A stretch of DNA of 64,000 nt from Hyphomicrobiales bacterium (GTDB lineage Bacteria > Pseudomonadota > Alphaproteobacteria > Rhizobiales > JAKPQE01), in assembly GCA_041397845.1 (NCBI GenBank), contig JAWKVW010000009.1, positions 26,906-90,905 of the forward strand. Direction: 5' to 3'. Positions within the stretch are counted from its first letter, which is position 1. The number at the start of each line of letters is the position of its first letter. Position numbers and translations under genes: made by a program. This document shows positions 19,669 through 28,371 of the stretch, in pieces. Below the pieces are notes generated by a model. That model was given only the letters and a program-made list of their open reading frames with translations. It made no database searches and was not told the DNA's origin.

Positions 19669-20523
19669 ATGGCAGTGGACGGGATCAGGCAGATGGCGGA
19701 ACGGGAGGTCATGCGGGCGATTTTCGATCGCTCCTTCCTCGGGTCATTGGTCAGCCGGCGCGAGTTGCTGGCGCGCCTGACACGCCGGGACATCGAGAGC
19801 CGGTTCCGCGGCTCGCGGCTCGGCATGTACTGGGCGCTGGTGTCGCCGGTCGTCATCCTGTCGATCTACACGGTGGCGTTCAGCGCCATCATCCAGCCGC
19901 GCTGGCAGGCTTCGGTCGATCACAAGACCGACGTCGCACTGATCTATTTTTCCGGCCTCGTGCTGTTCGACTTCTTCATCGAGTGCCTGAACCGCTCGTC
20001 GAACCTGATGCATGACCACCGCTTCTACATCAAGCGCATGGTCTTTCCGGTCGATATCCTCGCCTATGTGGTGGTGTTCGGGGCGGCCTTCCGGCTGGTC
20101 ATCGGCGTTTTCCTGCTGCTCCTGCTCTACGTCGCGACGCATGGGTCGCTGCCGCTCGAATTCCTGCTCCTGCCGATCCCGCTGGCGTTCCTGGCGCTCT
20201 TTGCCCTCGGCATCATCTGGTTCGTGTCGGCAATCGGCGCCTATGCCAAGGATGTCGGTCTTCTCATCGGCGCGCTGGCGCCGGTGCTGATGTTCATCAG
20301 CCCGGTGTTTTTTCCCTCGACGATGATCCCGGCGACCTGGCGGGCGGTGCTCTACATCAATCCGCTGACCGTACCGATCGAGTGGGTGCGGGCGGTGCTG
20401 TTCCATTTCGAGCGGCCGTCGGTGCTGGCGCTCGTCGTCTACGCGCTTCTTTCGGTGCTTGTCGCCCATCTCGGCTTCCGGGTTTTCCAGCGGCTGCGGG
20501 GCGAGTTCGCCGACCTGCTCTGA
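19669..20523 (+). CDS. ABC-2 type polysaccharide/glycolipid export permease (Wzm/KpsM/TagG-like)
   Basis: 284 aa. The N-terminus is RRELLARLTRRDIESRFRGSRLGMYWALVSPVV, followed by 6 TM segments. Confidence 0.8.
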   Translation: MAVDGIRQMAEREVMRAIFDRSFLGSLVSRRELLARLTRRDIESRFRGSRLGMYWALVSPVVILSIYTVAFSAIIQPRWQASVDHKTDVALIYFSGLVLFDFFIECLNRSSNLMHDHRFYIKRMVFPVDILAYVVVFGAAFRLVIGVFLLLLLYVATHGSLPLEFLLLPIPLAFLALFALGIIWFVSAIGAYAKDVGLLIGALAPVLMFISPVFFPSTMIPATWRAVLYINPLTVPIEWVRAVLFHFERPSVLALVVYALLSVLVAHLGFRVFQRLRGEFADLL

Positions 20524-20535
20524 CCGGGGGCGCGT

Positions 20536-21663
20536 GTGGCTGCCATCGAAGTCCTCGCCGCGATCATCCTTGTCGTCGCCCTTGCGGTGCGGATCGGTTC
20601 GCTCGTCATCGCCGCGGCGCAGCCGGCTTTGGCGCGGCGGCGGGCGCGGCGCGACGGCCGGCCGGGCGTTTCGGTGCTCGTGCCGGTGAAGATCGTCGAT
20701 GCGGCGTTCGAGCAGGCGCTCGTCTCGCTTGTCGGGCAGGATTATCCGGATTTCGAAATCGTCATCTGCGGCGATGCGGCCTCGGAAGCGGCGTTCGCGG
20801 CGGCGCGGGCGATCGTTGGCGCCACGCCGCCAGTGCCGGTTTCCTTCGCGCTCGCGACCCGCAGCGTTGGCCCCAATCCGAAGATCACCAACCTTGCCGC
20901 CGGCGTCGCGGTCGCCAGCCGGGAGCTGCTGCTCATCAAGGATTCCAACATCGTGATGGAGCCGGACGGGCTGTCGCGGCTGGTTGAAGCACTGGCCGAG
21001 GGCGTCGGCCTTGTCTGCGCGATCCCGGTGGCGGAAGCAGCAGACGGTTTTGCCTCGCAGATCGAGCAGTCGGTGATGAACGGCCATGCCGCGCCGCTGG
21101 TCCTTGCCGGTTCGGCGCTCGGGCTCGACATCGGCTATGGCAAGGTGATGCTGGTGCGGCGCCCGGACTTCGATGCGATCGATGGCATCCGGGTGATGGC
21201 GCCGCATTTCGGCGACGACCATGCGCTCGCCATGGCGCTGAGGTCCCGCGGTCTGCGGACCGCGTTCACCGGCGCGCCGGTGTGGCAACCGCTCGGGCGA
21301 CGGCGGATCGCCGATGTCGCGGACCGGCAGTTGCGCTGGATGGTCATTCGGCGCGACCAGGCCTTTGCCGCCTTCCTCACCGAGCCGCTTTCAACGGCAA
21401 GCTTCGCGGTGCTTGCGGCAGTGCTCGCGGTGCCGGTCATCGGGATTGGCGGGCCAGCGCTCGCCGGGCTCGTGGCGCTGGTCTGGATCGTCACCGAGAT
21501 GCTGTTCCTCGCCGCGCGCGGCTGGGGCGTGCCGACTGCGACGCCGGCGGCGATCGTTGCCCGCGAGGCGCTGGTGCTCGCCCTCTGGGTCCGGGCCTGG
21601 TTTGCCCGCAAGGTCACATGGCGCGGGGCGTCGTTCGAAGTCGGCGGCGGCGAGGGCGCCTAA
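20536..21663 (+). CDS. GT-A fold glycosyltransferase, GT2/GT21 (ceramide-glucosyltransferase-like)
   Basis: 375 aa with a GTG start and an N-terminal TM. It has GVSVLVPV...QDYPDFEIVICGDA and a (Q/R)xxRW motif (DRQLRWMVIRR), followed by C-terminal TM segments. Confidence 0.7.
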   Translation: MAAIEVLAAIILVVALAVRIGSLVIAAAQPALARRRARRDGRPGVSVLVPVKIVDAAFEQALVSLVGQDYPDFEIVICGDAASEAAFAAARAIVGATPPVPVSFALATRSVGPNPKITNLAAGVAVASRELLLIKDSNIVMEPDGLSRLVEALAEGVGLVCAIPVAEAADGFASQIEQSVMNGHAAPLVLAGSALGLDIGYGKVMLVRRPDFDAIDGIRVMAPHFGDDHALAMALRSRGLRTAFTGAPVWQPLGRRRIADVADRQLRWMVIRRDQAFAAFLTEPLSTASFAVLAAVLAVPVIGIGGPALAGLVALVWIVTEMLFLAARGWGVPTATPAAIVAREALVLALWVRAWFARKVTWRGASFEVGGGEGA

Positions 21664-21665
21664 TC

Positions 21666-22499
21666 TCAGGCCTTGCCGCCGGGGCGGCCGATCCATTCGA
21701 CGACCCGGTCGGTCGTTTCGGTGATCTCGACCTCGATGCCGGCCATGACGCGGTCGACGATGCGGCGCGGCAGATAGCGCAGGAGCGCCGTCGCAAAGAC
21801 GATGATGCGCGGGAAGGCGACGACGGCGCGGCCCCGGTCAAGGCCGCGACGGATGATCCGGGCGGCGCGCTCCGGCGGCATGGCGAAGGGCTTGGGGCAT
21901 TCGAGATCGGCATTGAGCGGCGTCGTGACAAAGCCCGGGACGATCAGCGTCACGCCGACGCCGAAGCGGGCAAGGCTGCCGCGCATCGAATCGGCCCAGG
22001 CGTGCACGGCCGATTTCGCCGCGCAATAGGCCGGCGAATAGAGCATGCCCTTCAGGCCCGAGATCGAGCCGACGACGGCAATGCGGCCGGCCCGGCGGCG
22101 GGACATCGGCTCGAGCAAAGGCTCGACGGTGTTGAGGACGCCGACGAGATTGACGGCGAGGAGGGCGCGGACCGCCTCGGGCGTCTCGAACGGACGATCG
22201 CGGCCGATGCCGCCGGTGACGCCGGCATTGGCGATGGCGAGGTCGATCGGGGTCTCGCGATCGATGGCGGTGATGAAACCGGCAAGTGCGAGGCGGTCGC
22301 GCACGTCGATGGCGCCGATCGTTACCGTCGCGCCTTTCTGCCGGGCGGCGGTGGCGACCTCTTCAAGGCGATCGGCGTTGCGGCCGATGAGGACAAGGTG
22401 GCGACCGGGTGCGGCGTATTCGAGGGCCAATGCCCGGCCGATGCCGCTCGAGGCGCCGGTGATGAGAACCGAGGCGGGACGTGGCGGGGTTCTGGACAT
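21666..22499 (-). CDS. classical short-chain dehydrogenase/reductase (SDR)
   Basis: 277 aa with TGxxxGxG (ITGASSGIGRA), NAG and YxxxK (YCAAK). It is the only minus-strand gene between wzm and wzt. Confidence 0.85.
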   Translation of the reverse strand: MSRTPPRPASVLITGASSGIGRALALEYAAPGRHLVLIGRNADRLEEVATAARQKGATVTIGAIDVRDRLALAGFITAIDRETPIDLAIANAGVTGGIGRDRPFETPEAVRALLAVNLVGVLNTVEPLLEPMSRRRAGRIAVVGSISGLKGMLYSPAYCAAKSAVHAWADSMRGSLARFGVGVTLIVPGFVTTPLNADLECPKPFAMPPERAARIIRRGLDRGRAVVAFPRIIVFATALLRYLPRRIVDRVMAGIEVEITETTDRVVEWIGRPGGKA

Positions 22500-22703
22500 G
22501 GGCTTTCAGCGGCTCCGGGTTCGGCAAACGGCAGGCGAAATCGCGCAGACGCTTTCCAACGCACCATCGGAACGCCGGCGCGGCGCGGGTGCGGCGGGAC
22601 GTCCGGCGTCAACGATCATTGCCATTGGTTTATAGACGGAACCGGGACGAGTGGCTAAACCTCTGTGCGAACGGGAAAACAAAACGCCGGCGCCTGTCAT
22701 CGC

Positions 22704-23441
22704 ATGAGCGAAGAATACGTCATCGAGGCCGAAAACCTCTCCAAGAGGTTCGACACGCGGTGGAATCGCGGCGGGGCGCGGCTGCTCGGCCATATCACCG
22801 GGCGCGAGCCGCCGGACGAGCATGTCTTCACCGTCTTTTCCGGCGTCAGCTTCAAGGTGCGCAAGGGCGAGTCTGTCGGCATTCTCGGCGTCAACGGCGC
22901 CGGCAAGTCGACGCTGCTGCAGGTCGTTGCCGGGGTGATGGTGCCGACCAGCGGGCGGGTTTCGGTCAAGGGGCGCGTCTCGGCCCTGCTCGAGCTCGGC
23001 GCCGGCTTCAATCCGGAATTCAGCGGCCGGGAAAACATCTTCCTCAATGCCTCCATTCTCGGCTTTTCCAATGCCGAGATCGAGCGGCTGCTGCCGTCGA
23101 TCCTCGCCTTCGCGGCGGTCGAGGACCAGTTCATCGACCGGCCGGTGAAGACCTATTCGAGCGGCATGTATGTGCGTCTCGCCTTCTCGGTGGCGATCCA
23201 TGTCAGTCCGGACGTGCTCATCGTCGACGAGGCGCTGGCCGTCGGCGACCAGTTCTTCCAGAAGAAGTGCTACGCCTTCCTGCAGAACCAGATGGCGGGC
23301 GTGACCAAGCTGTTCGTCACCCACGACGCGGGGGCATTGCGCCTTCTGGCCGACCGGGCGCTCGTCATCGACCGGCATGGCCTCATCTTCGACGGTGACA
23401 TCGAAGAGGCGATAGAAATCTACCGCAACGAGCATCCCTGA
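22704..23441 (+). CDS. polysaccharide/glycolipid ABC exporter ATP-binding protein (Wzt/KpsT/TagH-like)
   Basis: The ORF was trimmed to the ATG at 22704. It has Walker A (GVNGAGKST), signature (YSSGMYVRL) and Walker B (VLIVDEA). Confidence 0.85.
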   Translation: MSEEYVIEAENLSKRFDTRWNRGGARLLGHITGREPPDEHVFTVFSGVSFKVRKGESVGILGVNGAGKSTLLQVVAGVMVPTSGRVSVKGRVSALLELGAGFNPEFSGRENIFLNASILGFSNAEIERLLPSILAFAAVEDQFIDRPVKTYSSGMYVRLAFSVAIHVSPDVLIVDEALAVGDQFFQKKCYAFLQNQMAGVTKLFVTHDAGALRLLADRALVIDRHGLIFDGDIEEAIEIYRNEHP

Positions 23442-23537
23442 GGCTGGCTACGGCAACAAACGACCGGTGTTTGACAATTTTCCCGCCGCGGCTACTGATT
23501 GGGGACGCCCGCCGGCAAATTGCGTGTGAGTATTCGA

Positions 23538-24772
23538 ATGGCCGAAGACCTTCATTCCCTTGATGCCTATGCGGCACGGTTGTTCCGGCTCGGCGGCGGA
23601 GCAGCGGTGGCCGGCGGCAGAACCCGTATTTTCTCGCCCTCGACGAGGCGCGGCTGGCGGCCGAGGCGGAAGGGCGGCGGTTCGTCTCCTTTGCCAATTA
23701 CGACTATCTCGGCCTGTCGCGCCATCCCGAGGTGGAGCGGGCGGCGGCGGGGGCGCTGGAGCGGTTCGGCACCGGGGCGCTCGCCTCGCGCATCGTCGGC
23801 GGCGAGCGGTCGATCCATCGCGAATTCGAGCGGGCGCTCGCCGGCTTCTGCGGCAGCGAGGACGCGCTGACGCTGGTCAGCGGCTTTCTCACCAACGCGT
23901 CGCTGATCAGCCACATCATGGGGCCGAACGACTGCATCGTCATCGACGAGCTGTCGCATGCCTCGATCGTCAACGGCACGAAATGCGGCCGGGCGACGAC
24001 CTACAAGTTCCGGCACAACGATCTCGATCATCTCGACCACGTACTGGCGGCGCAGCGCGGCGGCCATGGCCACTGCCTGATCGTCGTCGAGGGCCTTTAC
24101 AGCATGGATGGCGACGTGCCGGACCTGACACGGCTCCTTGAAATCAAGGACCGTCACAAGGCCTGGCTGCTCATCGACGAGGCGCATTCGCATGGCGTGC
24201 TCGGCGCCGGCGGGCGCGGCATCGCCGAGCATTTCGGCGAAGATCCGGCGCGGATCGACCTTGTCGTCGGCACGCTGTCGAAGACCTTCGTTTCATGCGG
24301 CGGCTTCATCGGCGCGGCGAAGTCGGTCATCGACCTCTTGCGGTTCTCGTTGCCCGGCTTCGTCTTCAGCGTCGGCATGCCGCCGATGGTGACGGCATCG
24401 GCCATGAAGGCGCTCGAGCTGGTCTCGAGGGAGAGCTGGCGGGTCGGCAAGCTTGCCGAGAACACGGCCTATTTCATGGAGCTGGCGCATGCCGCCGGGC
24501 TCGACACCGGGCCGGCGATCGGCCGGGCGGTGGTGCCGATCTTCTTTGCCAGGGCGGCAGAGACGATGATCGCCTCGGAACGGCTTCTCGAGGAAGGCTT
24601 CTATGCGCCGCCGATCGTGCAGATTGGCGTGCCGAAAGACATGCCGCGCATCCGTTTCTTCTTCTCGGCAGCGCACGAAAAGGCGGATATCGCCCGCGCG
24701 GTCGACATTCTCGCGGGCGTTGCGACCGAGCTTGGCGCGGTGCGGCCGCGCACGACCGAGCCGGCCGATTAA
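23538..24772 (+). pseudogene. PLP-dependent alpha-oxoamine synthase (serine palmitoyltransferase / 8-amino-7-oxononanoate synthase family); apparent frameshift near 23612-23621
   Basis: The ATG at 23538 gives MAEDLHSLDAYAARLFRLGGGAAVAGG. The conserved continuation NPYFLALDEARLAAEAEGRRFVSFANYDYLGLSRHPEV... is in the -1 frame. That frame has no start codon before the GTG at 23732 and has an upstream stop at 23561. The PLP-lysine motif is GTLSKTF. Confidence 0.75.
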
Positions 24773-24850
24773 GGCGGCGGGCCGGGAGGCGGCCCTGCCG
24801 AGAGTTGCGTAGAGCCCGCCCGGCATCGGGGCGGGCGGAGGACAGGACGG

Positions 24851-25891
24851 ATGGGCCGCATCCTTTATGGCGTCATGGGCGATCGCGGCGGCCACCTGTC
24901 CCGGGCGATCGCCGTCGCCCACGAACTGCCCGGCCACGAGATCCTGTTCGTCGGCGGCGGGCGGATCGGCGAGGTCGAGCGGCACGGCTTCAGTTTCCAG
25001 CGCACGCCGATGATCGGCACCGAGATGACGGGCGGGCGGATCGACCTTGCCGCGACGATCACCGGGGCCATTCGCGAACTCTGGCGCTACCGCCAGACAA
25101 TCGAGCACCTCAAGGGGCTCATTGACGAATACGATCCGGACCTCATCGTCACTGACTTCGAGTTTTTCCTGCCGCGGGCGGCGCGGGCGCTCGGCCGGCC
25201 AGCGATAAGTCTCGACCGGCACCACGCGATCACCCATTGCCAGTACGACCGGCCGCCCGGGCATTTCGGCACGCGGGCGCTGTCGCTCGGCATTCTCCAC
25301 TCGATGCAGATGGCCGCCGACCGCTACATGGTCGTGTCGTTCGCGCCGATGGAGCCACGCGACCCGATCGCCGCGGAGGTCTATCCGCCGGTCATCCGCC
25401 GCGATCTGAGCGGCTTCTCGCCGGCCGAAGACGAGCACGCCGTCGTCTATCTCTACGGGGTGACGATCGAACGTATCCGCGAGGTTTTCGGCGGCCGCGA
25501 GCGGCGCTTCGTCGTCTATGGCCAGGGCAGGGAAGGCGAAGAGGGCAATCTCGTCTTCCGGCGCCATTCGACGGACGGGTTCCTCGCCGATCTCGCCAGC
25601 GCCGCCTATGTCGTCAGTCATGGCGGCCACAACCTGATTTCCGAGGCGTTGCACTTCCGCAAGCCGCTGCTCGCCTTTCCGCTCGGCTTTGAATACGAGC
25701 AGTATTTCAATGCCTGGCAGCTTCAGCAGACCGGCTATGGCGCTCTCGGCGAGGCACGGCAGGCGCGGGCAGCACTCGACCGCTTCGAAGTTGATCTCGA
25801 GGGGTTAAGGCAGCGGCTCGCCGGCTACCGGCCATGGTCGGAGCGCACGGTCGCCGACCGGTTCGACGAACTCGTCCGGGTCGGGCTCTAA
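24851..25891 (+). CDS. glycosyltransferase (MurG/GT28-like C-terminal domain, MJ1255-type)
   Basis: 346 aa. The N-terminus is MGRILYGVMGDRGGHLSRAI and the C-terminal motif is SHGGHNLISEALHFRKPLLAFPL...EQYFNA. Confidence 0.7.
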   Translation: MGRILYGVMGDRGGHLSRAIAVAHELPGHEILFVGGGRIGEVERHGFSFQRTPMIGTEMTGGRIDLAATITGAIRELWRYRQTIEHLKGLIDEYDPDLIVTDFEFFLPRAARALGRPAISLDRHHAITHCQYDRPPGHFGTRALSLGILHSMQMAADRYMVVSFAPMEPRDPIAAEVYPPVIRRDLSGFSPAEDEHAVVYLYGVTIERIREVFGGRERRFVVYGQGREGEEGNLVFRRHSTDGFLADLASAAYVVSHGGHNLISEALHFRKPLLAFPLGFEYEQYFNAWQLQQTGYGALGEARQARAALDRFEVDLEGLRQRLAGYRPWSERTVADRFDELVRVGL

Positions 25892-26886
25892 GCTTTTTCC
25901 CCTGTCCGCATTTCTTCGGCGCGATGCCAGTCCCAGGCGGTGCGGACAATCGTCTCGATGCCGGAATGCACCGGATCGAAGCCGAGGGTGGCGCGGGCAA
26001 GGGCGGGATCGGCGACGAGAGCGGCCGGATCGCCCGGCCGGCGCGGGCCGGAAATCGCCGGCAGCGCCATGCCCGAGACCTTCTCGATCGCCGCCAGAAC
26101 CTCGCGCACCGAATTGCCGGTGCCGGAACCAAGATTGAAGATGCCGCCGTCATGGCCGGAATTCAGCAATCCGAGCGCGGCGACGTGTGCGGCGGCAAGG
26201 TCGGTGACGTGGACATAGTCGCGGATCGCGGTGCCGTCCGGGGTCGGGAAATCGCTGCCGAAGACGGCGAAGTCGGCGATGCGGCCGAGGAGGGCGAGGA
26301 TCGCCCGGGGAATGAGGTGGCTTTCCGGGTCGTGGCGCTCGCCGATCTCGCCGTCGGGATCGGCACCGGCGGCATTGAAATAGCGCAGGGTGACCGAGCG
26401 CGTGCCATAGGCGGCACCGAAATCGGCCAGCGCCTGCTCGATCATCCGCTTCGTGCGGGCGTAAGGATTGATCGGGGCGATCGGGGTCGTTTCGGCGATC
26501 GGCACCCTGTCGACATTGCCGTAAACCGAACAGGTGCCGGAAAAGACGATGCGGCCGCAGCCGGCGGCGCGCATGGCGGCAAGCAGCGACAGGGCGCCGG
26601 CGACGTTGTTGTCATAATATTTCTGCGGGTCGAGGACGGACTCGCCAACCTCGGCGCAGGCGGCGAAGTGCAGGACCGCCTCGGCCCTTGTGTCCCGAAG
26701 GACACGCTCGAGGGCGGCAGTGTCGCGGATATCCCCTTCGACCAATGGCCCCCAGCGCACGAAATCGGCATGGCCGGTCGACAGATTGTCGAAGACTATC
26801 GGCGAAAAACCATTTCTCGACAGTGCTTTGCAGGTGTGCGAGCCGATATAGCCGGCGCCGCCGACAACAAGGACTGGTCGTGTCAT
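25888..26886 (-). CDS. galE: UDP-glucose 4-epimerase
   Basis: The listed 761-aa ORF was trimmed to the ATG at 26886. Motifs: VLVVGGAGYIGSH, YARTK (YxxxK), RYFNAAGADPDGEIGE and RDYVHVTDLA. Confidence 0.9.
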   Translation of the reverse strand: MTRPVLVVGGAGYIGSHTCKALSRNGFSPIVFDNLSTGHADFVRWGPLVEGDIRDTAALERVLRDTRAEAVLHFAACAEVGESVLDPQKYYDNNVAGALSLLAAMRAAGCGRIVFSGTCSVYGNVDRVPIAETTPIAPINPYARTKRMIEQALADFGAAYGTRSVTLRYFNAAGADPDGEIGERHDPESHLIPRAILALLGRIADFAVFGSDFPTPDGTAIRDYVHVTDLAAAHVAALGLLNSGHDGGIFNLGSGTGNSVREVLAAIEKVSGMALPAISGPRRPGDPAALVADPALARATLGFDPVHSGIETIVRTAWDWHRAEEMRTGEKA

Positions 26887-27105
26887 CCGGTTCCTGCTCC
26901 GGCCGCGCGCAGCCGGTTCCCCTTGGCATGAATGTCGCGAGGTGGTACCCCGCCCGAAACGATCCGTAACATATTCCGCCGGTCCGATGGCAACGAGCGA
27001 AGCCGGGGAGCGGATACGGACAAAACGTCGCCCCGGCTTTGCATAACGGGGGCAGGAGGGCATTTGCGGCCGAACACGGCGGCAGTGCCGGGAGTCGGTC
27101 AGTCC

Positions 27106-28314
27106 ATGTCCATGCTCGCGTATCAGGCAGCCGGTATCGTCAAGCTCGCGCCCACCATGCTGGAGCGTCCGCGCTTTGCGCTGGAGACGGGAAAGCTGCT
27201 CGTCAGCCGCCTCCTTCTCGACAGACGCGTGCCGCGCGACGGCGTCGGCGCCGGTATCCGCCAGGTCAGCATCCGCATCACCGACCGCTGCAATCTGCGC
27301 TGCCATACCTGCGGCCAGTGGGGCGACAACGGCTATCTGCTCGACAAGTCGCTTGCCGATCTCGTGCGCAACGAGGTGTCGGCCGAGCGCTACATCGAGC
27401 TCGTCAAGGATCTCGCCGCCAACGGCCATCGGCCGGGGCTTTATCTCTGGGGCGGCGAGCCGATGCTCTATCGCGGCGCCATCGATCTCATCCGCGAGGC
27501 GGCCGATCTCGGCATGCCGACCAGCATCGCGACGAACGGCTCGCGCATCGCCGAGAACGCCGAGGCGCTTGTCGCCGCGCCGCTCTATCTGGCGCAGATG
27601 TCGATCGACGGCCATTCGGCAGAAGTGCACAACGCCTGCCGGCCGGGCGCCGGTCCCTCGACCGACAATTTCCGCACGGTGATGGGGGCGCTCGACGCGC
27701 TGAAGGCGGAGCGCGAGCGCAAGGGCACGCGCCTGCCGATCCTTGCCGGGCTTTGCACCATCAACCAGCGTAACGCCGACCATCTCGTCGACGTCTACGA
27801 AGCCTTTGCCGACAAGCTCGACGTGCTCGTCTTCTACCTCTCCTGGTGGATCGACGAAGACGCGGCGGCAAAGCACACCGACGACTTCAGCCGCCGTTTC
27901 GGCTTTGCCCCGGATCGCCATCTCGGCTGGATCGGCGGCTGGCGGCCGGAGAACTACACCGCGCTTTCCCAGCAGCTCACCGAGCTTGCGCGCCGCTCGC
28001 TGTCGCCGAAAGGGCCGGCGGTGTTCATCCTGCCGCATCTGACGAGCGCGGCCGATCTCGAGCGCTACTACACGGATCACGGCGCGACGTTCGGCCATGA
28101 CCGGTGCTCGTCGATCTATCGGGCGGTCGAGATCAACGCCAATGGCGACATGTCGCCCTGCCGTGACTACCACGACTACGTCGTCGGCAACGTCAAGGAC
28201 GATACGATCACCGGCATCTGGAACAACGACAAATATCGCGATTTCCGGCGCAGCCTTGCCAAGGATGGGTTGATGCCGGTTTGCACGCGCTGTTGCGGCC
28301 TGATGGGCAACTGA
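27106..28314 (+). CDS. radical SAM protein with C-terminal SPASM/twitch domain
   Basis: The ORF was trimmed to the ATG at 27106. It has a CxxxCxxC motif (DRCNLRCHTCGQWG) and a Cys-rich C-terminus (CSSIY...CRDYHDYVVGNV...CTRCCGLMGN). Confidence 0.8.
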   Translation: MSMLAYQAAGIVKLAPTMLERPRFALETGKLLVSRLLLDRRVPRDGVGAGIRQVSIRITDRCNLRCHTCGQWGDNGYLLDKSLADLVRNEVSAERYIELVKDLAANGHRPGLYLWGGEPMLYRGAIDLIREAADLGMPTSIATNGSRIAENAEALVAAPLYLAQMSIDGHSAEVHNACRPGAGPSTDNFRTVMGALDALKAERERKGTRLPILAGLCTINQRNADHLVDVYEAFADKLDVLVFYLSWWIDEDAAAKHTDDFSRRFGFAPDRHLGWIGGWRPENYTALSQQLTELARRSLSPKGPAVFILPHLTSAADLERYYTDHGATFGHDRCSSIYRAVEINANGDMSPCRDYHDYVVGNVKDDTITGIWNNDKYRDFRRSLAKDGLMPVCTRCCGLMGN

Positions 28315-28371
28315 CAGCGGGCCAACCTTCCTTACGGCCTCAATTCGCGGGCCGGCAACTCAGCAAGCGTC

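Noticed and set aside
26924-26938. TGGCAT-N5-TCGC sigma-54-like motif between galE and the radical SAM gene.
   Set aside because: The -12 element is imperfect, the motif lies about 170 nt from the ATG, and no activator-type site is nearby. It could easily be a chance match in GC-rich DNA.
25888-28173. 761-aa minus-strand ORF. Likewise the 898-aa ORF 53044..55740, the 1131-aa ORF 15173..18568 and the 577-aa ORF 32753..34486 are taken at face value in the track.
   Set aside because: Only the 3' portions encode recognisable proteins (GalE, NifB, PolA, GT4). The 5' extensions are low-complexity read-through over neighbouring genes or intergenic DNA. I trimmed them to internal ATGs with sensible N-termini.
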